NCBI GenBank assembly: GCA_002269645.1
Contig: NIVC01002665.1
Location: 1 to 64,000 of the forward strand
Length of the DNA stretch: 64,000 nt
DNA from: Macrostomum lignano
Lineage: Eukaryota
Direction: 5' to 3'
Under the pieces are notes generated by a model, which saw only the letters and a list, made by a program, of their open reading frames with translations, was not told the DNA's origin and searched no databases. Positions within the stretch are counted from its first letter, which is position 1. Every line of letters begins with the position of its first letter. The translations under genes and the position numbers were made by a program. This document shows positions 1 to 16,920 of the stretch, in pieces.

Positions 1-730
1 AGAGAGAGAGAGAGGACTCATAGAAGAGAGTCAAGGGAGACAGAGGAAAGCAGAGAGACGGGAGAAGGGAGCGAGATCCCGGCCGCATGCAGCACAACGC
101 CACCCATCTCAGCGTGAGCTACAACACCACGGCGGACGCTCTGGGCATGCAGAATGCGACAGCGTGTTTGTGGTCCGCGCCAGCCCAACCTGCGCGCCAA
201 CGTGGAGTCGCAGCTGGGCGCGGCCAGGCGCCGGTCGGGTCGGTTAATCGGCCTGGCAGACCCTGAATCCTTGGAATCGACGATGCCGGCTCGGAAGACA
301 GCAACGAGGACGAAAGCAACGACTTCGACATCTCTGAAGACTCCGAGATATTCGTGTCCTCTGACGATATACCGGGGCCGCAGGGGCTGCCGCTGGACTC
401 CGCGCCAATGCTTGATTTAAGCTTTCAGTCTTTCAGTCGAAACGGAAATCTGAATTTCAGAAGGCCATGTATAGGAATTATTAGTTATTGACTTTTTCTG
501 CCCACTGCAAGCTTAAGATATTCAGAATTTGGCATTTAGTTTTGATAGCCAGATCTAGCTATAGAGAAGTTTATTTAATCATAAATACAAACGTTCACTA
601 AGGAGTTTATTCAGCTGCATAGATGTCTACTATCAGTGGCATTAATAAGCAGATTTTTATAAAATAAAACCATAAAAAGTAGTTTCAAGGTCTTCAATAG
701 TGCCCTCAAAACAGTGCCATTGGTCTGACT

Positions 731-935
731 CTCGCGCCTGCACGATCCCAGGGGGGGGGCTTGTGTCCACGAAAATCGGCCGAGGGGGTTGCCGTGCAAT
801 TCACAGTCCCATGAGAGCCGAACCTTAAGACACAGAGTGTACATGCCTGACGAATTAGATAGTCAGGGCCGCTGTTCACCCTGTGTGAGCTGTGTATGAG
901 TGCGTTGCCTGCGTACAGCATTGGTGTGCTTGTGT
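731..935 (+). mobile_element. Degenerate copy of tRNA-derived SINE family B (body fragment; a further piece at about 1410-1460)
   Basis: 830-920 matches the reverse complement of 34836-34920 and resembles 55035-55110 (GTGTACATGCCTGAC...TAGTCAGGGCCGCTGTTCACCCTGTGTGAG). 1410-1460 (GATTGTGGGACAACCGGTCGCCGAAG) resembles the 3' body of the 34.8-kb copy. Ends approximate. Confidence 0.55.
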
Positions 936-1547
936 GTGCTCAAGAATCAGAAAAATAGGTATAATTTTTTATCTATAAATGGTTGCAAATCTCATAAAAA
1001 TCGGCTGAGCCATTATTCTCTGAAATCGTTTACGCTCACATAGATAGATACCGACAAACTATTTTTAGTATAGTGGACTAGCAATCTGCGCCCCCCGTTG
1101 GGGAGGCAGCAAAGAAATAAATTTTGAATAAACTGCATGTTATGTATTCGGACATTTTACAGTCACTATTGTTGGTTTCTTAAGGAAAATGATGCTGAAG
1201 GCAAAAAAAGCATCCACCATCGAAGCCTGCTTTCTATAGCCTAAGATAGTAGTACACACTTTGCGCTTTGGCTTAACCCTAACTCTCCCTTTGATGCTTG
1301 CTTGGCCTATCAACAACTCCCAATTGACCCTTGGCATCTCAGCAACCTCCTCCATGAGCCACAGCAGTTCAGCGATTCCCCCGTGAGCGAAAGGAATATT
1401 CGTCTCTCTGCTGATTGTGGGACAACCGGTCGCCGAAGGTCGCCACCCGCAGTCTTTTTGCGAATATTGCCTGCAGAATAACTGCACAACTCGAAGGAAG
1501 AGTCAGTAGTAACTATCCTTTATTTTCAGTGAAACATATATCCAGTA

Positions 1548-2950
1548 TATCCAGTGAGGTGCTATGGATCCAGTAAGGCGCCAGTAGATTCAGTGAGGCG
1601 CCAGTAGATCCAGTGAGGTGCTAATGGATCCAGTGAGGCGCCAGTAGATTCAGTGAGGCGCCAGTAGATCCAGTGAGGTGCTAATGGATCCAGTGAGGCG
1701 CCAGTAGATTCAGTGAGGCGCCAGTAGATTCAGTGAGGCGTCAGTAGATCAGTGAGGTGCTAATGGATCCCAGTGAGGCGCCAGTAGATTCAGTGAGGCG
1801 TCAGTAGATCCAGTGAGGTGCTAATGGATCCAGTAAGGCGCCAGTAGATTCAGTGAGGCGCCAGTAGATCCAGTGAGGTGCTAATGGATCCAGTGAGGCG
1901 CCAGTAGATTCAGTGAGGCGTCAGTAGATCCAGTGAGGTGTTAATGGATCCAGTAAGGCGCCAGTAGATTCAGTGAGGCGCCAGTAGATCCAGTGAGGTG
2001 CTAATGGATCCAGTGAGGCGCCAGTAGATTCAGTGAGGCGCCAGTAGATCCAGTGAGGTGCTAATGGATCCAGTGAGGCGCCAGTAGATTCAGTGAGGCG
2101 CCAGTGAATCCAGTGAGGCGCCAGTAGATCCAGTGACGCCAGTAGATCCAGTGAGGCGCCAGTGAATCCAGTGAGGCGCCAGTGAATCCTGTGATGCCAG
2201 TAAATCCTGTGATGTGCCAGTAAATCTAGTGAGGCGCCAGGAAATCCAGTGAGGCGCCAGTGAATCCAGTGAGGCGCCAGTGAATCCTGTGATGTGCCAG
2301 TAAATCCTGTGTGATGCCAGTAAATCTAGTGAGGCGCCAGGAAATCCAGTGAGGCGCCAGTGAATCTAGTGAGGCGCGTAGTGAATCCTGTGAGGCGCCA
2401 GGAAATCCAGTGGCGCCAGTGAATCCAGTGAGGCGCCAGTGAATCCAGTGAGGCGCCAGTGAATCTAGTGAGGCGTCAGTGAATCCTGTGAGGCGCCAGT
2501 ATATCCAGTGAGGCGCCAGTGAATCCAGTGAGGCGCCAGTATATCCAGTGAGGCGCCAGTGAATCCAGTGAGGCGCCAGTGAATCCAGTGAGGCGCCAGT
2601 GAATCCAGTGAGGCGCCAGTGAAATCCAGTGAGGCGCCCAGTAATCCAGTGAGGCGCCAGTGAATCCAGTGAGGCGCCAGTGAATCCAGTGAGGCGCCAG
2701 TGAATCCAGTGAGGCGCCAGTGAATCCAGTGAGGCGTCAGTGAATCCTATGAGGCGCCAGTGAATTCTGTGATGTGCCAGTGAATCCTGTGAGGCGCCAG
2801 TGAATCCAATGAGGCGTCAGTAAATCCTGTGAGGCGCCAGAGAATCTAGTGAGGCGCCAGTGAATTCAGTGAGGCGCCAGTGAATCCAGTGAGGCGTCAG
2901 TGAATCCTGTGAGGCGCCAGTGAATCCAGTGAGGCGCCAGTGAATCCTGT
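1548..2950. repeat. Minisatellite, 20-bp unit CCAGTGAGGCGCCAGTGAAT, with a 61-bp higher-order trimer in its 5' half
   Basis: Tandem units read directly from the sequence. Confidence 0.95.
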
Positions 2951-3699
2951 GATAATTTATCACACTAGAAAAGGCTGGCTATTTGACTTAAAAGCCCCGC
3001 TGTAGAGCCGGCCAGTTCAATAAAAAGTGAAACCTGAGTAGCAGCTGATAGACTAGGATATGGCTAAGGATAGAAGCGGAGAGACTGGGTTGAGAGAGAG
3101 GGGAGACAGAAGCTCGGAGTCCTGCAGCAAGCACTCCAGCTGATGGGCGGGCGAGTATTGGACGCGCCAATGGGCGTGTAATCAGGAGTGCGCGGCCCAG
3201 CACTTATAATTACTTAGGGCACTGGTCCGCTTTCAGCCGGAGGAAAAGTTTTAGATGGAAAAGAGAGAGAAGGCCTCGTCTCGTCTTTGCGCTGCGGAGA
3301 AACACTGAAGAAATTTAGCAGTATAAAAAAAGCCCCGGGCTACCTCTGTATCGAGTAGAAAACACAAGGAAAGAGAAATAAGAACGGATATTTAAGTGCC
3401 ACCGTGGATTTCCCTTCTCTATTCCTCTAAAAGAAGATTGCGGTGTTGACCCTAATGCAACTGGCAGTCAGTAGAGTGATTAAATTGCTTGACGAACAGC
3501 AGGCAGTGACGAACTCGGAATTTCTCGGGACAGCACGGCTCAGCCAAGCTCATGGAGCTCAACTTGTCCAGGCTTGAGAACACCGCCAGCAGTTAGCAGC
3601 AATGGAAGCGGAAATGGAAACTTCCGGTGAGTTCCGTGTAGAAAATATTGGGCTAATACTTAGAAGAAGACACTTGGGATCTGACGGTTTACTCAAGGA

Positions 3700-4015
3700 G
3701 AATGAGCAGGTTACGCAGAGAGAGTAGAGCAGGTTACTCAGAGAGTATGAGCAGGTTACTCAGAGAGTATGAGCAGGTTACTCAGAGAGTATGAGCAGGT
3801 TACCAGAGAGTATGAGCAGGTTACTCAGAGAGTATGAGCAGGTTACTCAGAGAGTATGAGCAGGTTACTCAGAGAGTATGAGCAGTTTACTCAGAGAGTA
3901 TGAGAAGGTTACTCAGAGAGTATGAGCAGGTTACTCAGAGAGTATGAGAAGGTTACTCAGAGATTATGAGCAGGTTAGTCAGAGTATGAGCAGTTTACTC
4001 AAAGATTATGAACGA
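3700..4015. repeat. Minisatellite, 22-bp unit TGAGCAGGTTACTCAGAGAGTA
   Basis: About 14 tandem copies. Confidence 0.95.
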
Positions 4016-4285
4016 TGCATTTTTGTGTCCAAAGCAGCCCTCAGATAATCATATTGAATCAGCAGTTGAGAATAATTCCACAGGACTATCCATCCATTTC
4101 GATCGATTCAACTAGCTCAAGGATTAACCTGTCAAGTGACTCATCAGTCTAATTGGTCTCAGCAGGATTGCTCTCCGGGTGCCTGCCGAGTGAGGAAGCG
4201 CTCCAGAAAATCCGCTCCAGAACTAATTGAATTTGTGCTCCCAGACTCAAATTCAGGTCCCCAATACTTTAGGAATTGCAGACAC

Positions 4286-7305
<3,020 letters not shown>

Positions 7306-7759
7306 TTAGTTTCGTCAATCGGACTCCACAAAAGAGGCGCTATTCAATGTCCGAGGAGTGCCTTGCGAGCATTCCAAACGCTCTGCCGCAATCAATTAAC
7401 ATGGGTTTGCGTCCCCGAGTCCATCGAGGCGAGCCCGGTCTTGACTCAATCTGGCCCGAATCGGTTGATTAGGTTAGCTAATTAATGGAGAAAAGTACAG
7501 AGTTCTCGGGCACTTAGCATCAATCAATTAGGGCGCTGCCGCTTCAGTAAGTACTGGGCATGAACAGCTGAAGCAGAAGACCGCTGCACTCGCTAATGGT
7601 GCAAATTTCGTTGCAAGATGCATCGGCTAGCTAGGAGGCCTTCAGTTTCTGAGAACTAAGCTGGAAATTTCTCAGCTAAGCTTATTATTTTGCCAATGTA
7701 GCAAGTCGACGCTTGATCTGACATCAGCGATATCCATTAACATCAACTAACACCCTGAT

Positions 7760-8330
7760 ATTCGCTGACATCTACTGACATCCGCTCACATCCACAAACA
7801 TCCGTTGACATCCACTTACATTTGCTGAAATTCACTGGCATCTGCTGACATCCGCTGACATCCGCTGACATTTGCTGACATCAACTGGCATCTGCTGACA
7901 TCCGCTGACATCAACTAACATCTACTGACATCCATTGACATCACTGACATTTATTGACATTTACTGATATTCACTGACATTCACTGACATTCACTTACAT
8001 CTACTGACATTCGCTGGCATTCACTAACATTCACAGACATTCACTGACATTTGCTGACATTCACTGACATTCACTAACATTCACTGACATTCGCTGACAT
8101 TCACTGACAGTCACTGACATTCACTAACATTCACTGACATTCACTAACATTCACAGACATTCGCTGACATTCACTGACATTCACTAACATTCACTGACAT
8201 TCACTAACATTCGCTGGCATTCACTAACATTCACAGACATTCACTGACATTCACTGACATTCACTAACATTCACTAACATTCACTGACATTCGCTGACAT
8301 TCACTGACATTCACTAACATTCACTGGCAC
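7760..8330. repeat. 10-bp minisatellite CTGACATTCA
   Basis: Direct reading. Confidence 0.95.
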
Positions 8331-8995
8331 CCTCCGACATCCCTCGATTAGTTATAAAAAGCTTTAAACTTTCAAACTGACTGTATTTCTACGGTACAGT
8401 AAGATTTTACAGGGTCACATTGCCTTCAATCGGCATTCCCAAAAAACACGTTTTCTATTCCGCCTGTGGACTTTCCGAACCAGCTTGCTGTAAGCCTCTT
8501 TAAACAGTCACATTTGGCGCACGCAGTTTTCAACCGTAATTAGACAGGACTGTCGCCTTGAGAAACAAAAGCGCCGAATGGCGAACTGTCACCCCTTAAC
8601 ACCCTCCTCTCCTGAGAACACGGAAGGCCCAGCAGAAAGTGTCCAACAGTTAATTAAAGAACATGACGGCTTCCAGTAGCTGTAGCCATACATTTAAAGT
8701 TTAAATAAATACTTACCTAAGTCAGAAGTACTTTTATGATAATGATGTACTTCTTATTATCCGATTTTCATATTTTCTAACAAGCATTAAAATAATAAAA
8801 TAGCTGATATTATCACTTATCATGTTTCTGACTAGATATCAGCTGTGATTAAGCCAGTTGCACTGATTCAGCAGGCTATCACGTGGCAGTACTGCCAGTA
8901 GCAATGTGTGAGAGATGCATGCATGCATATCGCATAAATCAGGGGTGGGCATAGCCAGAATCTTTCATACTGACGAATGGCTGTGCCTTTTAAGT

Positions 8996-9560
8996 AAGGC
9001 GCCATTTCATTCAAGTAGGCGTCAGATTCATTTGAGTAGGCGCGAGATTCATTAGAGTAAGGCGCCAAATTCATTAGAGTAGGCGCCAGATTCATTTGAG
9101 TAGGCGCCAGATTCATTTGAGTAGGCACCAGATTCATTTGAGTAGGCGCCAGATTCATTTGAGTAGGCACCAAATTCATTTGAGTAGGCGCCAGATTCAC
9201 TTGAGTAGGCGCCAGATTCATTTGAGTAGGCGCCAGATTCATTTGAGTAGGCACCAAATTCATTTGAGTAGGCGCCAGATTCATTTGAGTAGGCGCCAGA
9301 TTCATTTGAGTAGGCGCCAGATTCATTTGAGTAGGCACCAGATTCATTTAAGTAAGGCGCCATTTCATTTGAGTTGGCGCCAGATTCATTTGAGTAGGCG
9401 CCAGATTCATTTGAGTTGGCGCCAGATTCATTTGAGTAGGCGCGAGATTCATTTGAGTAGGCGCCAGATTCATTTGAGTAAGGCGCGAGATTCATTTGAG
9501 TAGGCGCCAGATTCATTTGAGTAGGCGCGAGATTCATTTGAGTAGGCGAAATTTTATTTG
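8996..9560. repeat. 21-bp minisatellite GCGCCAGATTCATTTGAGTAG
   Basis: About 26 tandem copies. Confidence 0.95.
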
Positions 9561-9714
9561 AGTTGACGCCAGCATCAGTGGCGCCAGCAGAAATAGCGAT
9601 TACAATCGATATTACATGTATACCAAAGTTTATAATTGCGTGTTAAATTACGGATGGTTCCAATGAACTGGTTCTAACATCCAGCAACATTTGCGGCTCT
9701 AAAATATTCCGCAG

Positions 9715-10020
9715 ACTCGGCAGCAGCGTCGAGCACCTCAGCGCCAGCCACACCCAGTTGACTATTGATGACAGTTCGGACACTTTCTCGGACAGCCTGA
9801 GATCAAAGCTGCCGCCGCCTCCGCCGCCGCCGCAGCCGCTCAGGCAGAGCCGCAGCGCCGGCTCCATGGCGTCAGTGCTCAGCCCGGAGATGAAGCTGCG
9901 GATGCAGCAGCTGCTGAGAAAGAATGCCGGCGTGCTCAAGCAGGACTCGAGCTCGCTGATTCAGGCCGCTCGGATCCCCGAACCGGAGCCTCTCAGTGTC
10001 TCCTGTCAGGAGCTCGACAG
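9715..10020 (+). CDS. Candidate internal coding exon of an unidentified gene (LGSSVEHLSASHTQLTIDDSSDTFSDSLRSKLPPPPPPPQPLRQSRSAGSMASVLSPEMKLRMQQLLRKNAG...)
   Basis: Acceptor TTCCGCAG ends at 9714; donor AG|GTGGGT at 10021; 306 nt, phase 2/2, GC-rich and stop-free. No homology recognised. Confidence 0.6.
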
Positions 10021-10027
10021 GTGGGTG

Positions 10028-10740
10028 TTGCAGCCAGTTCTGTGAGTTTGCAGTTTGTCCTGTGAATCTGCAGCCAGTTCTGTGAATCTGCAGCCAGTTC
10101 TGTGAATCTGCAGCCAGTTCTGTGAATCTGCAGCCAGTTCTGTGAATCTGCAGCCAGTTCTGTGAGTTTGTAGTTTGTCCTGTGAATCTGCAGCCAGTTC
10201 TGTGAATCTGCAGCCAGTTCTGTGAGTTTGCAGTTTGTCCTGTGAATCTTCAGCCTGTTCTGTGAATCTGCAGCCTGTTCTGTGAATCTGCAGCCTGTTC
10301 TGTGAATCTGCAGCCTGTTCTGTGAATCTGCAGCCAGTTCTGTGAATCTGCAGCCTGTTCTGTGAATCTGCAGCCAGTTCTGTGAATCTGCAGCCTGTTC
10401 TGTGAATCTGCAGCCTGTTCTGTGAATCTGCAGCCAGTTCTGTGAATCTGCAGCCTGTTCTGTGAATCTGCAGCCTGTTCTGTGAATCTGCAGCCTGTTC
10501 TGTGAATCTGCAGCCTGTTCTGTGAATCTGCAGCCTGTTCTGTGAGTTTGCAGTCTGTCCTGTGAATCTTCAGCCTGTTCTGTGAATCTGCAGCCAGTTC
10601 TGTGAATCTGCAGCCTGTTCTGTGAATCTGCAGCTTGTTCTGTGAATCTGCAGCCTGCTCTGGGAATCTGCAGCCTGTTCTGGGAATCTGCAGCCTGTTC
10701 TGTGAATCTGCAGTCTGTTCTGTGGATCTGCAGCCTGTTT
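10028..10740. repeat. 20-bp minisatellite TGCAGCCTGTTCTGTGAATC
   Basis: Direct reading; starts a few bases after the 10021 donor. Confidence 0.95.
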
Positions 10741-11167
10741 TCTCAACCATCCGCCGCATGCCCGCACTGTATTACTGTCAGCGATCGGGGGGCTGGACAA
10801 TCGATTTTTGTATTCTTAGCCAATGCTTAACGAAATCAACAAATGAACTGAGTGCCAGCCTCCGCAGCGGTGCATCATCAGCCAACGCCACTTAAGGTTG
10901 AAAGAAAAGGCTGATGAGTTCACTTTTTGCTAATTACCGACATAAAAAAGGCTCTGAATTTATGAGTTCGACTGCACTCAGTCTAATGAGACGCAGAAGT
11001 GCCACCTGTTCGGCGGATAATTAGTGCTGCAAGTTCGGTCACTCAGTTTTGAGTCTCTGCTACTCTACTTCATCGGATGTTCTACTTTACCTTGGAAATT
11101 CTACTTTAGAAAAAATAAAGGACAGTCTGGTAACGCTGTTCTTGGAATTAGGTTCTTTGATCCAGAA

Positions 11168-11945
<778 letters not shown>

Positions 11946-12034
11946 GTGTGCCTTACAGACCGTCGGTCATCCCAACAGATTATCCCCATACTAACAGACT
12001 CTTCTCTCAATTCCCATACAAATAGTTTTTAAAG

Positions 12035-12263
12035 CAGCTGCCTCCAAAAATCTCAGAGCTGCGGAGTGGCAGGTCCGCCTCCCCGCCCGCCCGCAGGGAG
12101 ATATTTGCGGATTCCGCGGGCAGGATTGGGTGGTTGTCAGGCGATCCCCAGAAGCAGCCCCCGGGGCTGAGTATCCAAGACAGATAAAGCTGGATAAAGT
12201 CTGCCCGGACGGCGTCATCTATCATGTCCTGATCGAACTTCCCCCAACCCCCCATCGGGCCAG
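12035..12263 (+). CDS. Candidate coding exon (ASKNLRAAEWQVRLPARPQGDICGFRGQDWVVVRRSPEAAPGAEYPRQIKLDKVCPDGVIYHVLIELPPTPHRA)
   Basis: Open GC-rich frame between TTTTTAAAG and AG|GTCGGA. Protein-like composition, but phases were not reconciled with neighbouring exons. Confidence 0.35.
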
Positions 12264-12789
12264 GTCGGATAAAAGTGCATAGCCACCGCCGAGCCGCCAG
12301 AATGTGTCGCATACTCGTATTTCTGCACGAGCAAAACTGAGGATTGAAATTCACGAGAATGAATGGGCGATTTTTTGGTATAGATTGCCAGAGGCAAATT
12401 TCCAGGTCGGGTGTATATCTAGGTTAATGCTCTTTGCGCGCCCTCGGTTGGCGCACAGCTGAAGGCGACGGTTGAGGCTGTAAAGTCGCACCTGCAAAAT
12501 CTGTCTGTTCATATAATTGGGAATCGCGCAGTGGGAAAGGGATCAAAAGGCTCGGGGTTCGGTGCCAATGGCAACTGCTGAGGCTGCCCAGCCTGCCAGT
12601 AAACAGATAAAAGTTCGGGAAGAAAACAACGGGAAATGGGGGTTCAGTAGCTGCCAGCCAGATGGCGCACATGCCCGAGGATTGCCGCTCTGCTGCTTGG
12701 AATCGGGAGGAGGTGGCGCCGGGCGCCTGGACTCCACTGGCGCCGAGGAGCGTTCAGAAGGCGGCGGACACGCTTGGGTGAGTGCTCTG

Positions 12790-14310
12790 GGTGTCACAAG
12801 ACTGGCCAGTGCCTCAAATGGCGGTGTGTCACAAGACTGGCCAGTGCCTCAAATGGCGGGTGTGTCACAAGACTGGTCAGTGCCTCAAATGGCGGCGTGT
12901 CACAAGAGGGTCAGCCAGTGCCTCAAATGGTGGTGTGTCACAAGAGGGTCAGCCAGTGCCTCAAATGGCGGCGTGTCACAAGAGGATCAGTCAGTGCCTC
13001 AAATGGTGGTGTGTCACAAGAGGATCAGTCAGTGCCTCAAATGGTGGTTTGTCACAAGAGGGTCAGCCAGTGCCTCAAATGGCGGTGTGTCACAAGAGGA
13101 TCAGTCAGTGCCTCAAATGGTGGTGTGTCACAAGAGGATCAGTCAGTGCCTCAAATGGTGGTGTGTCACAAGAGGGTCAGCCAGTGCCTCAAATGGCGGT
13201 GTGTCACAAGAGGATCAGTCAGTGCCTCAAATGGCAGTGTGTCACAAGAGGGTCAGTCAGTGCCTCAAATGGTGGTGTGTCACAAGAGGGCCAGTGCCTC
13301 AAATGGCGGGTGTGTCACAAGAGGACTGGCGAGTGCCTCAAATGGCGATGTGTCACAAGAGAGTCAGCCAGTGCCTCAAATGGCGGGTGTGTCACAAGAG
13401 GACTGGCGAGTGCCTCAAATGGCGATGTGTCACAAGAGAGTCAGCCAGTGCCTCAAATGGCGGCGTGTCACAAGAGGATCAGTCAGTGCCTCAAATGGCG
13501 GGTGTGTCACAAGAGGATCAGTCAGTGCCTCAAATGGTGGTGTGTCACAAGAGGATCAGTCAGTGCCTCAAATGGTGGTGTGTCACAAGAGGGTCAGCCA
13601 GTGCCTCAAATGGCGGTGTGTCACAAGAGGATCAGTCAGTGCCTCAAATGGCAGTGTGTCACAAGAGGGTCAGTCAGTGCCTCAAATGGTGGTGTGTCAC
13701 AAGAGGGCCAGTGCCTCAAATGGCGGGTGTGTCACAAGAGGACTGGCGAGTGCCTCAAATGGCGATGTGTCACAAGAGAGTCAGCCAGTGCCTCAAATGG
13801 CGGGTGTGTCACAAGAGGACTGGCGAGTGCCTCAAATGGCGATGTGTCACAAGAGAGTCAGCCAGTGCCTCAAATGGCGGCGTGTCACAAGAGGATCAGT
13901 CAGTGCCTCAAATGGCGGGTGTGTCACAAGAGGACTGGCGAGTGCCTCAAATAACGGTGTGTCACAAGAGGGTCAGTCAGTGCCTCAAATGGTGGTGTGT
14001 CACAAGAGGGTCAGCCAGTGCCTCAAATGGCGGGTGTGTCACAAGAGGGTCAGCCAGTGCCTCAAATGGCGGGTGTGTCACAAGAGGATCAGCCAGTGCC
14101 TCAAATGGCGGGTGTGTCACAAGAGGATCAGCCAGTGCCTCAAATGGCGGGTGTGTCACAAGAGGATCAGCCAGTGCCTCAAATGGCGGGTGTGTCACAA
14201 GAGGATCAGCCAGTGCCTCAAATGGCGGTGTGTCACAAGAGGGTCAGCCAGTGCCTCAAATGGCGGGTGTCACAAGAGGATCAGCCAGTGCCTCAAATGG
14301 CGGGTGTCTC
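12790..14310. repeat. 34-39-bp minisatellite GTGTCACAAGAGGGTCAGCCAGTGCCTCAAATGGCGGT with a 417-bp internal higher-order duplication
   Basis: Direct reading; the diagnostic short unit GAGGGCCAGTG recurs at about 13290 and 13707. Confidence 0.95.
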
Positions 14311-14633
14311 AGAGGGATCTATAGATTGCCTAAATTTGCGGGTGTATTATTAGTATGAACAACACAGAGAAGGCTGAGCAGTCTGCTCATGCATATTTAA
14401 TTCAGTAGGAGCTCGATGTGGCCGCCGAATCTGGCTCATTACAGCATCGCATAGGAATAATTTTTTTTCGAATAATGCGACAAGCAACACGGGAAACAGC
14501 TATACTTTGTGGAACTCATCCCATCAGTCTAGTATACTCGGCAACAACTGCAAAGGGGATCGGGGGAAGGCAGGCTCAGTGAAGCATGTGGGTCCTTCTC
14601 CGGCAAGCACATTCCCACCCCCTCCCCTACCCT

Positions 14634-15132
14634 GCTGGCTGGCTGGCTGGCTGGCTGGATGGAAGGCTGGCTGGATGGAAGGCTGGCTGGCTGGCTGGCT
14701 GGATGGAAGGCTGGCTGGCTGGCTGGCTGGATGGAAGGCTGGCTGGATGGATGGCTGGCTGGATGGAAGGCTGGCTGGATGGAAGGCTGGCTGGATGGAT
14801 GGCTGGCTGGCTGGCTGGCTGGATGGAAGGCTGGCTGGATGGAAGGCTGGCTGGATGGAAGGCTGGCTGGATGGAAGGCTGGCTGGATGGATGGCTGGCT
14901 GGCTGGCTGGCTGGATGGAAGGCTGGCTGGATGGATGGCTGGCTGGCTGGCTGGCTGGATGGAAGGCTGGCTGGCTGGCTGGCTGGATGGAAGGCTGGCT
15001 GGATGGAAGGCTGGCTGGATGGAAGGCTGGCTGGATGGAAGGCTGGCTGGATGGATGGCTGGCTGGCTGGCTGGCTGGCTGGATGGAAGGCTGGCTGGAT
15101 GGATGGCTGGCTGGCTGGCTGGCTGGATGGAA

Positions 15133-15170
<38 letters not shown>

Positions 15171-15475
15171 ATGGAAGGCTGGCTGGATGGATGGCTGGCT
15201 GGATGGAAGGCTGGCTGGATGGATGGCTGGATGGATGGCTGGCTGGCTGGCTGGCTGGATGGCTGGCTGGATGGCTGGATGGATGGCTGGCTGGATGGCT
15301 GGCTGGATGGCTGGCTGGATGGCTGGCTGGATGGCTGGCTGGATGGCTGGCTGGATGGCTGGCTGGATGGCTGGCTGGATGGCTGGCTGGATGGCTGGCT
15401 GGATGGCTGGCTGGATGGCTGGCTGGATGGCTGGATGGATGGCTGGCTGGATGGCTGGCTGGATGGAAGGCTGGC
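14634..15475. repeat. Compound (GGCT)/(GGAT)/(GGAA) tetranucleotide microsatellite
   Basis: Direct reading. Confidence 0.97.
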
Positions 15476-15722
15476 TGCTCCTCCCAACAAATTAGCGAAG
15501 TTGATTTGGCCTCCCCACCCCCCCCCCGCCAGACGTGTGCCACGCCACTCGCTCGCCCGGCTCAGATTGGGCTGAGATGGAGTTGGGCCGGGAGCTCGGC
15601 ATAAAAGCAACTCAATACTTTTTCTAGCCTCGCTTAATAGAATTCGAAGTTCGAGGCCGCAGGAGGAGAGAAAGTGAAGGGATACAAAAGAAGAAAATAG
15701 AAAAAAGACAAGATCCTCCAAG

Positions 15723-15891
15723 TAGGCTCTAGCAGCTCAATCGGAAAAAAAGTAATGAGCAGCAAGGGAGACGGCGGTGGCTCCGGCAGCGGTGGCGGTA
15801 GTCGGTGCCAGCCGAAAGACTGGGTGGAGTTGAGCAAACCGCTTCTGTTCTCTGCCGGCTTCTGCGACACCCGGCAACTGCAGGAGAACAG
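15723..15891 (+). CDS. Candidate coding exon (GSSSSIGKKVMSSKGDGGGSGSGGGSRCQPKDWVELSKPLLFSAGFCDTRQLQENR)
   Basis: Open frame ending AAC AG|GTCAGA (phase 2), compatible with the exon at 19675. The 5' boundary is uncertain (weak acceptor, possible homopolymer frameshift near 15701). Confidence 0.35.
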
Positions 15892-15944
15892 GTCAGAACA
15901 ATGAGCACTGCGAATTAGATAGTGGATTTTTCTTGCTTTTAGTT

Positions 15945-16920
15945 GCGTCTCAAATGGCTGGTGTCCAGGATTGGAGTGACTCAACTGGCTGGTGTGTCAC
16001 AGGATTGGAGTGACTCAACTGGCTGGTGTGTCACAGGATTGGAGTGCCTCAAATGGCTGGTGTGTCACAGGATTGGAGTGCCTCAAATGGCTGGTGTGTC
16101 ACAGGATTGGAGTGCCTCAACTGGCTGCATGGTGTGTCACAGGATTGGAGTGCCTCAACTGGCTGCATGGTGTGTCACAGGGTTGGAGTGCCTCAACTGG
16201 CTGGTGTGTCACAGGATTGGAGTGACTCAACTGGCTGGTGTGTCACAGGATTGGAGTGCCTCAAATGGCTGGTGTGTCACAGGATTGGAGTGCCTCAAAT
16301 GGCTGGTGTGTCACAGGATTGGAGTGCCTCAAATGGCTGGTGTGTCACAGGATTGGAGTGCCTCAAATGGCTGGTGTGTCACAGGATTGGAGTGCCTCAA
16401 ATGGCTGGTGTGTCACAGGATTGGAGTGCCTCAAATGGCTGGTGTGTCACAGGATTGGAGTGCCTCAACTGGCTGCATGGTGTGTCACAGGATTGGAGTG
16501 CCTCAACTGGCTGCATGGTGTGTCACAGGGTTGGAGTGCCTCAACTGGCTGCATGGTGTGTCACAGGATTGGAGTGACTCAACTGGCTGGTGTGTCACAG
16601 GATTGGAGTGACTCAACTGGCTGATGTGTCACAGGATTGGAGTGCCTCAACTGGCTGCATGGTGTGTCACAGGATTGGAGTGCCTCAACTGGCTGGTGTT
16701 TCACAGGATTGGAGTGACTCAACTGGCTGGTGTGTCACAGGATTGGAGTGCCTCAAATGGCTGGTGTGTCACAGGATTGAAGTGCCTCAAATGGCTGGTA
16801 TGTCACAGGATTGGAGTGCCTACCTCAACTGGCTGATGTGTCACAGGATTGGAGTGCCTCAACTGGCTGCATGGTGTGTCACAGGATTGGAGTGCCTCAA
16901 CTGGCTGGTGTGTCACAGGA
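15945..16920. repeat. 34-38-bp minisatellite GTGTCACAGGATTGGAGTGCCTCAAATGGCTGGT
   Basis: Direct reading; shares GTGTCACA and GTGCCTCAAATGGC with the 12790-14310 array. Confidence 0.95.

Noticed and set aside
1330-1490. Candidate exon or 115-aa ORF
   Set aside because: Part of it matches the SINE family B body seen at about 34790-34830, so it is better explained as a repeat fragment.
7309-7345. Hammerhead-like GAGTCC...GACGAAAC on the minus strand; also CTGACGTGAG...GAAAC near 17487
   Set aside because: Both lack the required CUGANGA core.
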